From Lama glama (Eukaryota), in contig CM052817.1 in the NCBI GenBank assembly GCA_028534125.1, forward strand, positions 35,218,001-35,282,000: a stretch of 64,000 bases of DNA, written 5' to 3'. Every line of letters begins with the position of its first letter. Within the stretch, counting starts at the first letter, position 1. Below are positions 1 through 13,600 of the stretch, in pieces. Made by a program: the position numbers and the translations under genes. The notes under the pieces were generated by a model. The model was not told the DNA's origin, did no database searches, and was given only the letters and a program-made list of their open reading frames with translations.

Positions 1-1486
1 GGCTCAAGACAATTCCACCACCTAGATGACGAAGAGGCCCCACGTGACTAACTAGAAGCAGAATGTTGCATTTGAATCTCAGCTTCAGTTCTATCTGTGT
101 CTTCAATCTATCACATTTGGCTCTAACTCCTTTTACTCATGCATCCATTAGGGGATGGAAATAAATGTTTAATTCATTTCTCATCAACAGTAGTTCAGAA
201 TTTGACACCTATTATAAAGATAACCATAAATAAATAAAGGCTTAGGAGACCTAAGCTTGGAATTATTTTTCCTTACCTCCATGCTTCTTGTCATAAATTA
301 ATGTTTACTGAGCACTCATTTTGTTCCTGCAGCTAGCTGGGTCCTTTTACTTTGTGCATAAATAGGGAAGGTAATTGCAAAAAGCAAAGCCATCGGCTAA
401 ACCCCAATGACCCTGCACTCACAGATGAACCTTGGCCTCAGTGGGTGCTGCACCTGTGTCTGAGCTGCCAAGAGCGCCCTCTGCTGCACAGTGCGTGGTG
501 TTGCCAGGAGCCCTTGCCTCGCTGCTGGCCTATGAATTCTCTGTAGTTGCAGGCGTAGCTTCTTACCATCTGATTCAGTGTGGCTTCTGAGCCACAGTCC
601 CTCTGACGTAACTAAATGTGCATAGTTGATCCGAGGTTGTGGTTTTTAAGTGACTACATCTGTATTATAGACCTGCAAGCATGGTGCAGTCCATCCTTTG
701 AAGAATTGCCCCTCCCCTGTGTGTGGCACATTTCTGCCCTTCATGTCCTCACCCAGGCTTCCTCCTTTTCCCTTCTAGGTGAGCTTCAGTGCTTGGTAAC
801 TTTGGAGTGATTGTGCAAAAACATTTTTGCTGCTTAGGAATTTTATGCCCTAGGCACAGAGGTTATACTTTATTGTTCCTCCATTCTTTCAACAAATTTT
901 TATTGAGCACTTACCAAGTGAAATGTGCTACTTGGGCATAAAGAAGACTGATACAGATGTGAAAATGAAATATTCCCTGTCCTAAAGAGGCTAAGGTAGG
1001 AGCTGAGGAATGTACACACGATGTCTGAGGCAGTGGAAGGCACTTGAGTTCTTAGCATACAGATGAGCTAGTCCCGGGCACAGTAAACTGCTACCTATTT
1101 TAGACCTTGGGGCCACAGCGTTGCAACTACCAGACTCTCCTTTGTTCTGCGCTTCCTTTGTAGTGCAGAAGCAGCCAAGAACAATGTGTACCAGCAAAAC
1201 TTTCTTTACCCAAACAGGCTTTGGGCATGATTGGACCCTCTAGCTATGTCTTATTGACTCCTGATCTAATCTAACGCCCGTATCACTGAGAGGAGGAAAA
1301 CTAGTCCCTGAAAGATTAAATGGCCTTTACAAGTTAATACAAATTGTCACCAACAAAACAAATACTCAACGTCTTTTGATAAGCAGTGCTCATTTCACTA
1401 TGCCCGTGGGCGCCCCCTGCTGGCCAGCATCGCCTGGGTCGGTCCTGGCTGGGCAAGCTGACCGCGTATTTCCATCTCCACTGTAG

Positions 1487-1669
1487 GTTGCTCCAGTAAA
1501 ACCGTCTCGGCCAAAAAGGCACTTCTCTTCTGCTGGCACCATCGAAAGTGTCAACCTAGATGCCATCCCCCTGGCCATCGCTCGCCTGGACAACAGTGCC
1601 GCCAAGCACAAACTGTCCGTTAAGCCAAAAAACCAGAGGGTGTCAAAGAAGCACAGGCGACTTGTTGGG
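1487..1669 (+). CDS. CRACD: CRACD exon (DUF4592-type region, VAPVKPSRPKRHFSSAGTIESVNLDAIPLAIARLDNSAAKHKLSVKPKNQRVSKKHRRLVG)
   Basis: ctgtag| acceptor, |gtacgt donor, 183 nt, phase 0/0. Confidence 0.92.
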
Positions 1670-4600
1670 GTACGTATGTCCTGGCTGCCCAGGAAGATGC
1701 CCTTGTTGGCTGGGCACTAATGCTGCCTAGCAGGGTGGTGCTGTGAGGAGCCTATGGGAGGAACAAGGTCTCTCCCTTCCAGGGATGTAGCCCTATTGCA
1801 GGGAACGAGGGTGAATGGTCCATTTCCTTCCCACTGCCCTTTCTGACTTGTCCTTCAGGGTCTGGTGGACCTCAGAGAGAGGGGCCTGCCTTCCCAGGGG
1901 CTCCAGACACTGCATTTGCTTTGCAGCAGACAGATGGCCCACTTTCTTCTGCCACAGCTTAGCCAAAGGTTCTTTGGTTTGATTAGAGCAGACTTCTGAG
2001 TCACAAGTTTCAGGGGACATTGATGAAGTGCAAATCTCATTTTTCCCTCATCTTCCTAATGCTGGACACCGGTGATTACTCATGTGTTTTAAGAAAAAGG
2101 AATCTGAGGATGACATAGAGGAAACAAAAATGAAGTGCCCCCCACAGTTTATTCTTGGTGTGAGAGATGCCCAAGATTAGGGGTCTCTGCTTAGGCAGGT
2201 TGCCCATCCTTTTGAGATGAAGAGGGCCCCTCACATTGTGACTAGGATTGTAATGGTAGCCTGTGCACAAGGCAAGCTAACTCTGTCCCCCTTCGCAATG
2301 TTAGGATCGACAGAACGAGCATGGTGGCCTTCGACGTCAGCTGTCCCTGGACCAGAACGGACACCCCGGAGAAGAAAAGCCCATTTGGCATGAAGAGGAG
2401 CCAGACCTGCTGGACTCGGAGGAAGAGAGGCGACGCCAAGAAGAATACTGGCGAGAGCTTGAGGCCAAGTGCAAACGGCAGAAAGCCGAAGCTGCGGAGA
2501 GGCGACGCCTGGAAGAACAGAGACTCCAGGCCCTGGAGAGGAGGCTGTGGGAGGAGAACCGTCGGCAAGAGCTCCTGGAGGAGGAAGGGGAGGGAGAGGA
2601 GGAGGAGGAGGAGAGGGATGTCCAGGAGGAGGTAGAAAAAAGACAGCGTGAAGCGGAGAGGCCGAGCCTGGAAGAGCCGGGCTGCCGAGGCCCAGAGCGG
2701 AGGGAGCAGGAGGAAGGAGGGCGTGCGGAGGCCGGGGAGCCAAGGCGTCCGGAGGCCGGGGAGCCAAGGCGTCCGGAGGAAGAGGTGCATCAGGAGGAGT
2801 CGGTGGCACTGAGCCTGGGGGAGGCCCCGAGGCAGTCGCTGGAAGAGGAGGAAAGAGAATTGAAGGAACTCAGAAGACTGGAGGAGCAGAGACAGCAGGA
2901 GGCCGAGAAGCAGCGGCTGGAAGAGGAGAAGAGGCTGGAGGAGCTCAGGCGGCAGGAGGAGGAGGAGCTCAGGCGGCGGGAGGAGGAGGAAGAACAGAGG
3001 CGGCGGGAGGAGGAGGAGCAGAGGCGGCGGGAGGAGGAGGAGCAAAGGCGGTGGGAGGAGGAGGAGCAGAGGCGGCGGGAGGAGGAGGAGCAGAGGCGGC
3101 TGGAGGCAGAGGAAAAACGAATGGAGGAGCTCAGAAGGCAGGAAGAACTGGAGCTGCAGAGGCGGCGGGAGGAGGAGGAGGCGGCGAAGAGGAGGGAAGA
3201 GCTGAGAAAGTGGGAGGACACTGAGGCAAAGAGGAGGCAGGAAGCGGAAAAGAAGCTTCAGGAAGCACCGAGAGAGGAAGAGGAGCATCCGCCGCAGCTG
3301 GACCACAAAAGGGGCTTGAAGAGCCCATTTCAGAGCGACTTTGCAGAGAAGCTAGAAGAACACGAACACCTGAAACTCAAGAAGCCAGAAGAAAACCCTG
3401 AGGAACCAAGTATTTGCGAGAAGCAGAGCCCAGTGGCCGCCGAGCCATCTGGGGAGCAGCAGGGAAAGCAGAGCGATGTTCCCGGGGATGATCGTTGCGG
3501 ACATCAGGAAAAGAGAGAAGAAACCAACGCACAGCCTCCACAGAAACAAGAGGCACGGGTGGAAGAGACGCTGGCTCCACGGGAGAAGAAAGAAGCTTCT
3601 GCTCCAGAAACAGACAGAAAGGTGGAGGAACTCAGATGGCAGGAAGTGGATGAGAGGCAGACCATGCCCAGACCCTACACTTTCCAGGTGTCGTCAGGAG
3701 GGAAGCAAATTCTCTTCCCCAAAGTCAATCTGAGCCCGGTGACACCGATGAAAGATGTGGGACTCGCCTCCACTCCCCAAGAGCCAAAAGCGCCCAAAGC
3801 CAGCCCGGCGTCCCATGCCCTGGCCTCCTCCCTGAGCATACCCCACACGGCCATTCTGGTCACGGGAGCACAGCTCTGTGGGCCAGCGGTCAACCTGAGC
3901 CAGATCAAGGACACAGCTTGCAAGTCTCTCCTGGGCTTGTCAGAAGAAAAGAAGCACATGGATGTCCCCGCTCTGGAGAACCCACCTCGAGCCCCCGGCG
4001 ACCCCCGGGCAGGTGGTGGGAAGGCCAGGTCCCCGCAGGAATCTCCGAGCAGTGTGGCCGCACTTGCTGAATGGGCTTCCATTCGGTCCAGAATCCTGAA
4101 GAACGCAGAGGGTGATCAGCGCAGCGAGAGAGGCCAGGCCCGGCCCGGTGATGAGCACCTTCCCAGGGGCCGATGTGATTCCCGCGGGAACCTCCGGAGG
4201 ACCCCGCCGGTAAACGCGAAGTTCTCCATTAAGCCTGCCTGGCAGAAATTCCCAGATGTGGGCGCAGAGGCCTCCAAACAGAACACAGAAGCGGAAAGCA
4301 TTAGAAAAAGATTGGTGCCGGGACCCAGCGAAGAGGCAGCGCCTCAGCCCCCTGCTGCTGACACTCATGAGGCCCTGAAGCCTGCAGGGAAACCGGGGGC
4401 GCGCCAGGAGCCAACGGACACCACAGAGGGGTACAAATTTGCCAAAGACCTTCCCTCTTTCCTTGTTCCAAGCCTTCCTTACCCTCTGCAGAAAGTAGTG
4501 GCCCAGGCAGAGCCCGTGACCATTTCGGACAGTGAGACCATAGGTGGTGTAGGAAAGCCAGACCCCGTGATGCCAGGTGGAGAGGAAAAAGCCTCCCCTT

Positions 4601-7600
4601 TTGGAATAAAATTGAGAAGGACCAACTACTCCTTGCGCTTCCACTGTGACCAGCAGACAGAACAAAAAAAGAAGAAAAGGCACAGCAGCACGGGGGACAA
4701 TATCGATGGGGCGCCCCCGGCCCCGGGGGGCACAAATGAAGAGAAGGAGAGGGAGGCTGCGGCCCTCAGGCATGGCCCGTCCTTCCCCCCGGAGAGGAAG
4801 CAAGCCCCATCCACCTGGAAGGACCTCACTGAAAGCCCTTACAGCCATTCCCCTCCTGCAGGCCAGCCCCGGCCCCCACCAGGCAGCAGCCAGCCCCCAG
4901 CTCCAGAGCATGACAAGGCAGCGAACAGAATGCCCTTGGCCCAGAAGCCAGCCCTGGCTCCAAAGCCCACAGGTCAGACCCCACCGTCCTCCCCGCTCTC
5001 CAAAGTAAGCCGGCCCTACTTGGTAGAGCTGCTGGCTCGCCGGGTCGGGAAGCCAGACCCAGAGCCCAATGAGCCGTGCAAGGAGGGCCAGGACAGCCGT
5101 GACCCCCGGCCATTGTCACCCCCACCCCCTGAGGAGAGGAAGCGACAGAAGTGGGATGAGGAGGAAGAGATGGAAACAGAGAGGAGACCAGCTTCCCTGG
5201 CTCCTACTGCAGCCTGGCAAGAGAAGCCTTCTCTGACCCCTGAAGCCGGGAGGAAAGGTGCGTAGCTGTAGGTTGCAAAATTCTGCTTCTATCCAGCCCG
5301 TTGTCTGTGTCACAGCTAAAGCCAGAGCTGCCCAGGCCTGGGAGTAGCCCACAGAGCTGATGTTGGAGCACTTCCCTTCATTAGAGGCTGGTGCGCCATT
5401 CTCCCAGGGCCCTCACTTGTGAGTCATAGGGAAAAGCTTTACTTCTCTTTACAGCTGTGGACTGACTCTCTTATGTGGCCCACTCCCATTAATGATCCTT
5501 CCTTACACAGGTAGCCACAGAATGATACGCTTTCACTTGACGATGGAAGTTGAAATGTGGTCCAGATCAATGCAGATGTCATTAATCTTGATGAGGGGTC
5601 TGTGCAGTTACGTAAAGACTGGAGTTCCCTAGACCAGTGTCTGTGCTGTCTCTTGGCAGTAGCTGCACCGAGGTGGGAAGTTAGGGGGCTGTTGATGGCT
5701 GTATCTGCCCAGGGAACCTAGGTGTGCATAATCAGCTTTGTCTCACTTTTATGCACAACACTCTGCCTGTGCATCCCCCACACATCAGCTTTCCACCGTG
5801 ATGCCCTCCGATAAAGACATGATAGGGCAACCTTTACTCCTGGGTGCCCTTCGTGTTTCTTCATACTGCGTGTTTGGGGCAGCTCGGCCATCACTTAGAT
5901 TGGTTTTGGTGCCCCTGAGAACATTCATCTGATACTTTTTCTTTTCTGTTTTGCAAATTGATCAGGTGTGGGTTGTAGCCCAGGAAGTTACATTTCTCAG
6001 AGAAATTCTCCCCTTAGGTTTTTTAAGGGCAGCTTTAAGCCTTCTCTCTCTCTTCTTTTTTTTTTTTTTTAAATAAGGAGACAGCGGGGCATAGTGACAC
6101 TTTATTTCTTGTTTGTTTGTTGTTTGCCCCTTCGGAGTCAGAAATGGTGGCTGGCACTGGAGATACAACAGGTAACATGACACAGTGTTACCTGCTCTTG
6201 CACCTTCTTCTAGACACAGTTACAATTCAGTGTGATAACAGAAATTCAGCCAAGTGCAGGGGCTATGAAATGAAACAAAAATATTATTCATCCCAGGTGT
6301 GGGAGAGGGCAATGATCAGGGAATACTTTCTGGAAGAACCTCTGTCTAAACTATAACATGAGAGAGAAGTAGGGGTTTGCCAAGTGAAGACAAGCAAGGA
6401 TGTTACAGGCAAATATCTGGAAGCCAGAAAGTGCATGGTGCCTTCTGGAGAACTTGAAACAGTTCAGCATTGCAAGAGTTTAGAGTGAGATGGGGTGTGC
6501 TGAGAAATACCACTGCCAATCATGAAAGGGTTCTCACTACGTTGAAAAGTTTGTACCAATTCCTAGGAGCGGTAGGTGTCTACCCTAGGAAGGTGCTGCC
6601 TGCCTTAACTGTAAACCAAGCAGCCTGCCGTGAGCTTGACATTCATTACCTCAGTGTACCTCCTCAGTACAGTTCAGTAAGGTAACTGCTATTTTCTTAT
6701 TCTCACAGATGAGAAAACCGAAGGTAACCACGTTTATGCAGCTTGCTTAAGATCAAACAGCAGCTCCTAAGTAGCAGAGCTAGGATATGAACCCCAATTT
6801 TTCTGATTCCAAAACCCTCCTGGCTGTGGGTCACTGTGCCAGGAATGTGGTTTATGGCGAGTGTGTGTCTCGGCGTCGGCTACCCATTTCCTTGTGGGTT
6901 TTTTCTGTACACCTGATGTGGAGGAGTCACTCATCTAGTTTGTGGATTTGTTTTAGAAGGAATTGTCCTGTGTGTGGCTGTAAATTTAGTGTGTCTGTGG
7001 AAGGAGGGGAGTTCAGGATCCTCTGATGTCACCGTCTTGAACCGGAACCCCCATGTTTAGTTTTGACACTAGTGTCTGTGTTACTAGCTTCCATGGTATC
7101 ATCAGAGTTCCTCTCAAGCCTATTGATGGACATTTGGGTTGCTTCCATCTCTTGGACATTGTGAATCATGCTGCTGTGAACATGAGTATGCAAATATCTT
7201 TTTTAGATTTTACTTCCAATTATTTTGGAAAAATAACCCAGAAGTGGAATTTCTGGATCATATGGTAATCTATTTTTAATTTTTTGAGAAACCACTCGAT
7301 TATTTTCCATAGTGGCTGCACCATTTTATATTCCTACCAGTGTCACTCAAGGGTTCCAATTTCTCCACATCCTCACCAACACTTTCTATTTGTGGGTTTG
7401 TTTGTTTGTTTTTTAATAATATACATTCTAACAGGTGTGAGGTGATAGCTCATTGTGGTTTTGATTAATGAGCACCTTTTCATATGCTGTGGGTCATTTA
7501 TATGTCGTCTTAGGAGAAACATCTATTTAAACCCTTTGTCCATTTTTTAATTGGGTTTTGTTGTTGCTGCTTTCTAGGAGTTCTTTCTATATTTTTTCAG

Positions 7601-10600
7601 TCCCTTTTAATAGTAAAAAATCCTCTAGGCACCTTTAGTGATAACTCTCTCATGTTAGTAATTAATCTGTTGCCTCCAGTGTCATAATCAAAACTCCAAG
7701 CTATATTTCAGACTAAGTATCTCCCTTGTAATTTGGCGTGCTTTGGGCTGAAATGCTTATAGTGGGGACGCAGACACAGTCGACTTCTGCCCTTCCTTCC
7801 AGCCCAGAAACAGGCTTCACAGCTGGGGTGAAGGAAGGGGGAGGGGTAAAGCAATGAAGTTTGCTGCATTTGGGGGATACAGTGCTGATTCTTCTGTATG
7901 TTCCTCAGACCCCTCACCTGCCACTTTCTCTTCCTGCAATTCCCTTATTTCAGTGGTGCCTCCTCCAGGCAGCCCTGCCCCTCTCTCCGCCACCCACTTG
8001 GCCCGCACCTGAACCTCATGCAGCACTCAACAAGTGTCGTCTCAGCACAAGGGCCTCTTTTCCAGGCCCCTGGCAGACACTGTCCTTGCCTTTGAACTTG
8101 TCCAGGTGTGAATAGAACCTCAGGTGTGCAGTTTGCCCCACAGACTCCAGGAGACCCATCAGTTCGTCTGAGTGTCTCATTGAGGACCTTCTCCTTTGGC
8201 TTAGCCCCCTTCCCTCTCTAGGGGAGAGGATGTGGGAACACACCACGCTCCAATAGTCTTTTCCAAAGAAATTCTCTGGCTGCTTTTGCCTCAGCTCTGA
8301 TATTTCTATGATCTTGAGGTGGCTGTTTGGTGATTAACCTGAGTAGGTGATTGAGCACATCTGCTCAGAATGAGGGAGCTGGTGCCATTGATTATTTGTT
8401 ACTGACGTTCTGGGGCTTCCCCGGCTGAAACTCAGACAGGAGTCCCATTTTAACATCCTGTTTTCTGTTTATTGATCCCCAACTACTTCCAGACCTGTTA
8501 GGCCCTTTACACATACTACATTATAGCCTTTTTAAAAGTCTGGTCCGTAACTCCAGGATGTGCTACAGATCTAAGAAGATAAAAACCTGGCTAGAGATTT
8601 ACCTTTTCAAGTTATTTTAATTAACTGTAACTGTAAATAATTATGCTTTAAAGATATTTGGGCCTTTGTGATAAACCCAGTCCAAGTTGTTGGCAGGTAA
8701 CTGGCCCGTTGCTTGAAGGACCTTCCCAAGCAAATTCAAGTGCGATTCCCTCTTACATAACTGTTTTAAGTGGAAATCAGATCTGGGCAATATGAGTTTT
8801 AGACATTTTACAAACAGGTGTTACCCAGCCCTTGAGTTGAAAAAAAAAAAAAAGAAAAAAGAAACTCATTTAGTTCCGGTGTATGTCAAGTGTCTCAGTT
8901 AAGCACAATGATTTAAGTGGTAAATATTTTTAATTTTCTGGTTAACTGAAGATTAATCAAAAACTCCTTTCAGTCTGAGTTTTAAAAAAAACTTGTGAAA
9001 TGTGTTGCTTTTCTTTCCTTTGTTAGATCGTAACCAAATCTTTATTTGATGATTAGGAATATTGCAATGCCCAAGACTCATTATAAATATGAATTCTCCT
9101 TGTACAGCATTATAGATCTTAAAGTTGTAGAAAATTAAGAGGAATCTTCCCTTTTTTGTGCTTGAATTCCTGGTTTGGTGGTTCTTAATATGAAGTTCGG
9201 TTAACTTGGAGCCCTGGTTGGTAACAGGTGTATCATCAAAGTGTAAATTTTTGTTTGGTTTCAAAAGAACAAGACTTAGAGCGAGCCCTTTCCCTTGGAG
9301 ACAGTGAAGGATTCAGTGTCAGAACAGTTATCTCTGAAAGTATGTAATTTTCACCTGGGATCCCTTTAGTCAGGGATCATTGTCTCACAGACATAAGTAA
9401 CAAGAACACTTGCCTTTGTGGAGTGGTCACTTTATGCCAAGCACTATTCTAAATGTTCTTCTACCCAGGACCTCTTTTAATCTTCACAGCAGCCTGATGA
9501 GGCATGCGACATTCTCATCTCCATTGTATGGATTAGAAAACACAAAAGCTTAGGGAAGTAGCATTTCTGAGGTCAAACCCAGGTCTGCTCAATTCCAGAG
9601 CCAACTACAACCTCTGATCCCATCCGCCTGGGAATTCTGTTGCCGCCAGTTGCACAGGCGGGACAGCCCACCAGGAGAAAAGCCCAGACCGGGAGTCCGA
9701 AGTCCTAGATTCAGGTTTGAGCCCCAACACTAACTGCTGGGTGACTCCGGGCGCTGCTCTTGATGGCTGTGGACCCAAGTACTCACATCTATCCAAAGAG
9801 GCCCTGGACCATGTCCCACTGTGTTCCTTAGAGTCCTGCTGTCCTCGGCAGCCCCTCTAGGCAGAGCAGTGCCCCGCTTTCCTCCTTGAAATACTGGTAT
9901 TCCACTTGTTTGGTGGAGGGAAGAAGGTCCCACTGAAAAAATTAAAAAGCAATTTAAAAAGAACAACAATTAATGAAATAACTGCCTGTGTAGGCCTGAG
10001 GGTTTTGACATTGAAGACTATTTTTTCTTCCATTTTGAGGGAAGACGAATGCTTGTTTTTTTTTTGTTGATAGAAGATGTTATTTTTCCACCCAGTGGAG
10101 TCACTCAGGCATCAGTACAGCATGCATTAGAAAGGGATAGTTGACTATTTCATGGGCTGATTAATATGTCACAAGTTTTAAGAAGTGAGGGACTGAGCTG
10201 AGTGAGCAGTTGGTTTCAGTGCACACCTGCTTTTGTCTTTACTGATTATGATCTCAATTTCAGCATGTTGAAAGGGATTGGCGGCTGGGTTCTCACACCA
10301 CCAAGCAGTTCTGACACCAGCTGGTGTCAATTCAATTTAGTTCTGACATTTTCTGCCTGGAGATAGCATCAGATCCCACAGGTTAAGGGCTCAGTCCCAC
10401 CAGGCTGCATCTAATCTAGATGCCAGTCACAAATCCGGGCTGTTAATTTACTAGAGCAGTTCACACAACTCAGGGAAACATTTTACTTGTTAGATTATCA
10501 ACTTATTATAAAAGGATATAACTCAAACAGCCAGGTGAAAGAGGTACACGGGGAAGAGTATGTGAAAGGGGCCTAGAGCTTCCTTGCTTTCCAAGCAAGT

Positions 10601-13600
10601 CACTCTCCCAGCACCTCCACGTGTTCCCAACCCAGCTCTACAAACCAGTCTGGTTTTGTATGGAGGCCTCATTACATAGTCATGATCAATTAAGTCATCA
10701 AGAACTGCTCATGGAACTCAAACTCCAGCGCCTCGCTCCTCCCCGGAGGTAGAGGTGGGACTAAAAGTTCTAAACCCTCTCTAATCAGGTGATTGGCTCC
10801 ACTGGCAGGCAGCCTCCATCTTGAGGTGCTTTCCAAAAGTCACTCATTAACAGAACAAAAGACACCTTTATGCTCTCATCATTTAGGAAATTGCAAGGAT
10901 TTTAGGAGTTCTGTGCCAAATATGTATTTCTCGCTGTGTATCACAATATCATAGTCTCTTTTTCCCCACAGAAAAGCCAGTGCTTCAGAGCAGACACTCT
11001 CTAGATGGCTCCAAACTTGTGGAGAAAGTTGAAACCCCGCAGCCACTGTGGATAACGTTGGCGCTGCAAAAGCAGAAAGGATTTCGGGAGCAGCAAGCGA
11101 CTCGAGAGGAGAGGAAGCAAGCCAGGGAGGCCAAACAGGCAGAAAAGCTCTCCAAAGAAAACGTGAGTAGCCTGGTCTTCAACTTTAACTGTGTCTTCCT
11201 GAGCTTGGCTCTCTGAGTTCACAGGATTTCTTTTTAAATGTCGGTGGGTGGGGGTGGCTAGCTGGGAGTGGTGGAGAATACGTAGAAAATAGAGCAATAA
11301 ATAAGTTAAACCAAGGAGGCATTTTCAATTAGAAATTTGATTTGATTTCCTGATGCTCCTAGGTTAACCATATTCAGCAGAACCCATGCACACAACCCTG
11401 ATATAAGAAATATAAAAATGATTTTATTTGAGCAATGAGTTGAGAGGAAATTAGGAGCCTTGCTTCGTGGCCCTGATTGTATAGCTAGTCCAGTGGGGCT
11501 CTTCTAGGAAAGTACAAAGTTCATAGTGTCCCCTCTTTGTGACATTTGCACTGAGCTGCTCCACAGCTGGGGCCAGGGTTGAGCGCACGCTGCTCCCCCA
11601 CGCAGTCCAGCTCTCCCTCTGGGAGCAGAGGATGGGGGCTGGCAGGTGGAAGCCTCCAAGGCCTTGCACAGTCAGTCTTTCCCTGTCCTTGGGTTGAAAA
11701 CAGGCTTTCCATGACTTTCTCTGCCCACCCAGGTCAGTGGCAGCCCGCAGCCGGGAAGCAGCAGTGTCAGCAGAGGCAGTTCCCTGCACAAGTCCACCGC
11801 TCAGCCAGAAGAAAAGAAGCCGGAGACAGCAGTGTCCAGGCTTGAGCGCAGAGAACAGCTGAAAAAGGCCAACACTCTCCCTACATCTGTGACAGGTAAG
11901 GGAGCAGGTCCATTCCTATTTAACTGTACTTTAAGGTTTTTCTCTTTAGGGCGTGTTTTATTTCTCTAGTGTAATAACTAGCACTTCAGGCATTTCAAAA
12001 CACAGGCTCACAACCCCATTCATGAACACTGACACTGATAAAGCTCATCTGATAAAGAGGATCAGAAACTCCTCCACTGTCAGTGGTGTGATGATGAACA
12101 TTTAGCAGTCAGCTCTTTGGGGAACGGAGAGACCTCTGATTTGTACTATTTGCCATTTTCCGTGGTGTAAATATGGCCCCCCATAGCTAATTTCAAGTTA
12201 CCAATGTAATATCAAGTGGCTTATTAAATTCCTGAATTTTTAACAAGGTGATACGAGCCTTCTCCAACTCCACTGCCTGTAGTTCAGCAAAAAAGTTTTA
12301 TTAACTTCCTGTAGCAAGGAAGACTGAATACCATAAGAACCTTCTAATCTTATATTAGGATTTGGGGGAAAGGGTGAAGTTTAGGTAAAATTTAAATGGA
12401 GCAGTGCTTTGATAGGCTCAAAGCAAGGCAGCTGACGTCAACTCTGAGCTGAAAAGCAGGAAAAGGGCCTGTTTCCCTTCTTAAGATAAATGTGCGGAAG
12501 CTGTATCTGAAAACCCCTACCTGGAGCTCTGCTCTGGTTGGAAATAGAAGCTGCTTCTCTGAATCATGGTGATTTAAGTGGCTCCGATGCTCCAGGCAAA
12601 AGTGGGGCGGTCCCTTCTCACTGATGTGATTTCAGACAGCTGACCCAGGTGTGACTTTGGAGTGCAAGGTTGTTCTGCTCTAAGTCCTTGATGTTAATTA
12701 ACAACAGCAGTGTATAGGTTCATGCCACATAAGAGACAGGCACATTTTAAAAAACTTCTTTATTCTGTTAAGAGATAAAATGATCCCATAACATCTACAG
12801 CTATTTCCTCGTTACATATCCCTTGGAGGATGGAGAGTCTGAGAGAGCTTCCTCCCAGAGGTTATTAGGGCATCTGTTTCCCCCGCTAGGCAGCCCTGGT
12901 CCTCACACCCAACCTCTAGACCCAGGATTCTTTTATGTCTTGGATACCTACTAGCTGAAGTCTGGAAATGTAAAGACGTTTCACTATGAAAGCTACATTT
13001 ACTATTTGGTGAAGAGGAAAAAAAAAACTTTGTATTTTGAAGCAGTGTACAGTTTCTTAGGACCCTCCATGGGCATTATTTCATTTGATCTTACACCCAG
13101 GAGTTAAGGGTTCTAAACATTCATTATATGGGTGTGTCAAGAGAAAATTCTTTCAGAATAGTGAAAGCTCCAAAGTCAAAGAAATCAACCTTTCTCTGAT
13201 TTCTTGGAAGCACCGAAGGGTTAATGCAGTTCAGAGTGGCTGCACCTTAGTAAAGCAAGCCTTCTGAAGTTTCTGTCTTTTCAATATTTCCTGAGTTCTG
13301 CATGTTTGTGCCACAGGCACTAAGTATGAAAGGGTAAGATGGGACCCCTCAGCTTATGAAGCCTCCAAGTTCTAGTAAATAGAATAGGATGTGCAGGAAC
13401 TGGTAGAAAAGACTGAGTCATAAGAGCTGGCAGATCCATGGGCCTCAGAGGGTGGAGGCACCCAGAGTACGCTTGGTAGAGGAGGTAACTTTTGACCTCA
13501 CTCACCAACTACTAAGTTCAGACTGCTCGTTTGATCTTTTGCCTCACGAAACTGACTGGTTGTGTGACTAGAGTCACAGAACTTACCTTTACTTGTTATT

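Noticed and set aside
2947..3100. CRISPR-like or prokaryotic system
   Set aside because: Repeats have no spacers and encode protein; the window is spliced mammalian DNA.
2231..3306. Long antisense ORFs (354 aa Leu/Pro-rich, 192 aa, 143 aa Ser-rich)
   Set aside because: Shadows of the purine-rich repetitive CRACD exon; low complexity with no independent signals.
3940..4911. 323-aa antisense ORF
   Set aside because: GC-rich shadow of CRACD coding sequence, non-ATG start, no recognisable domain.
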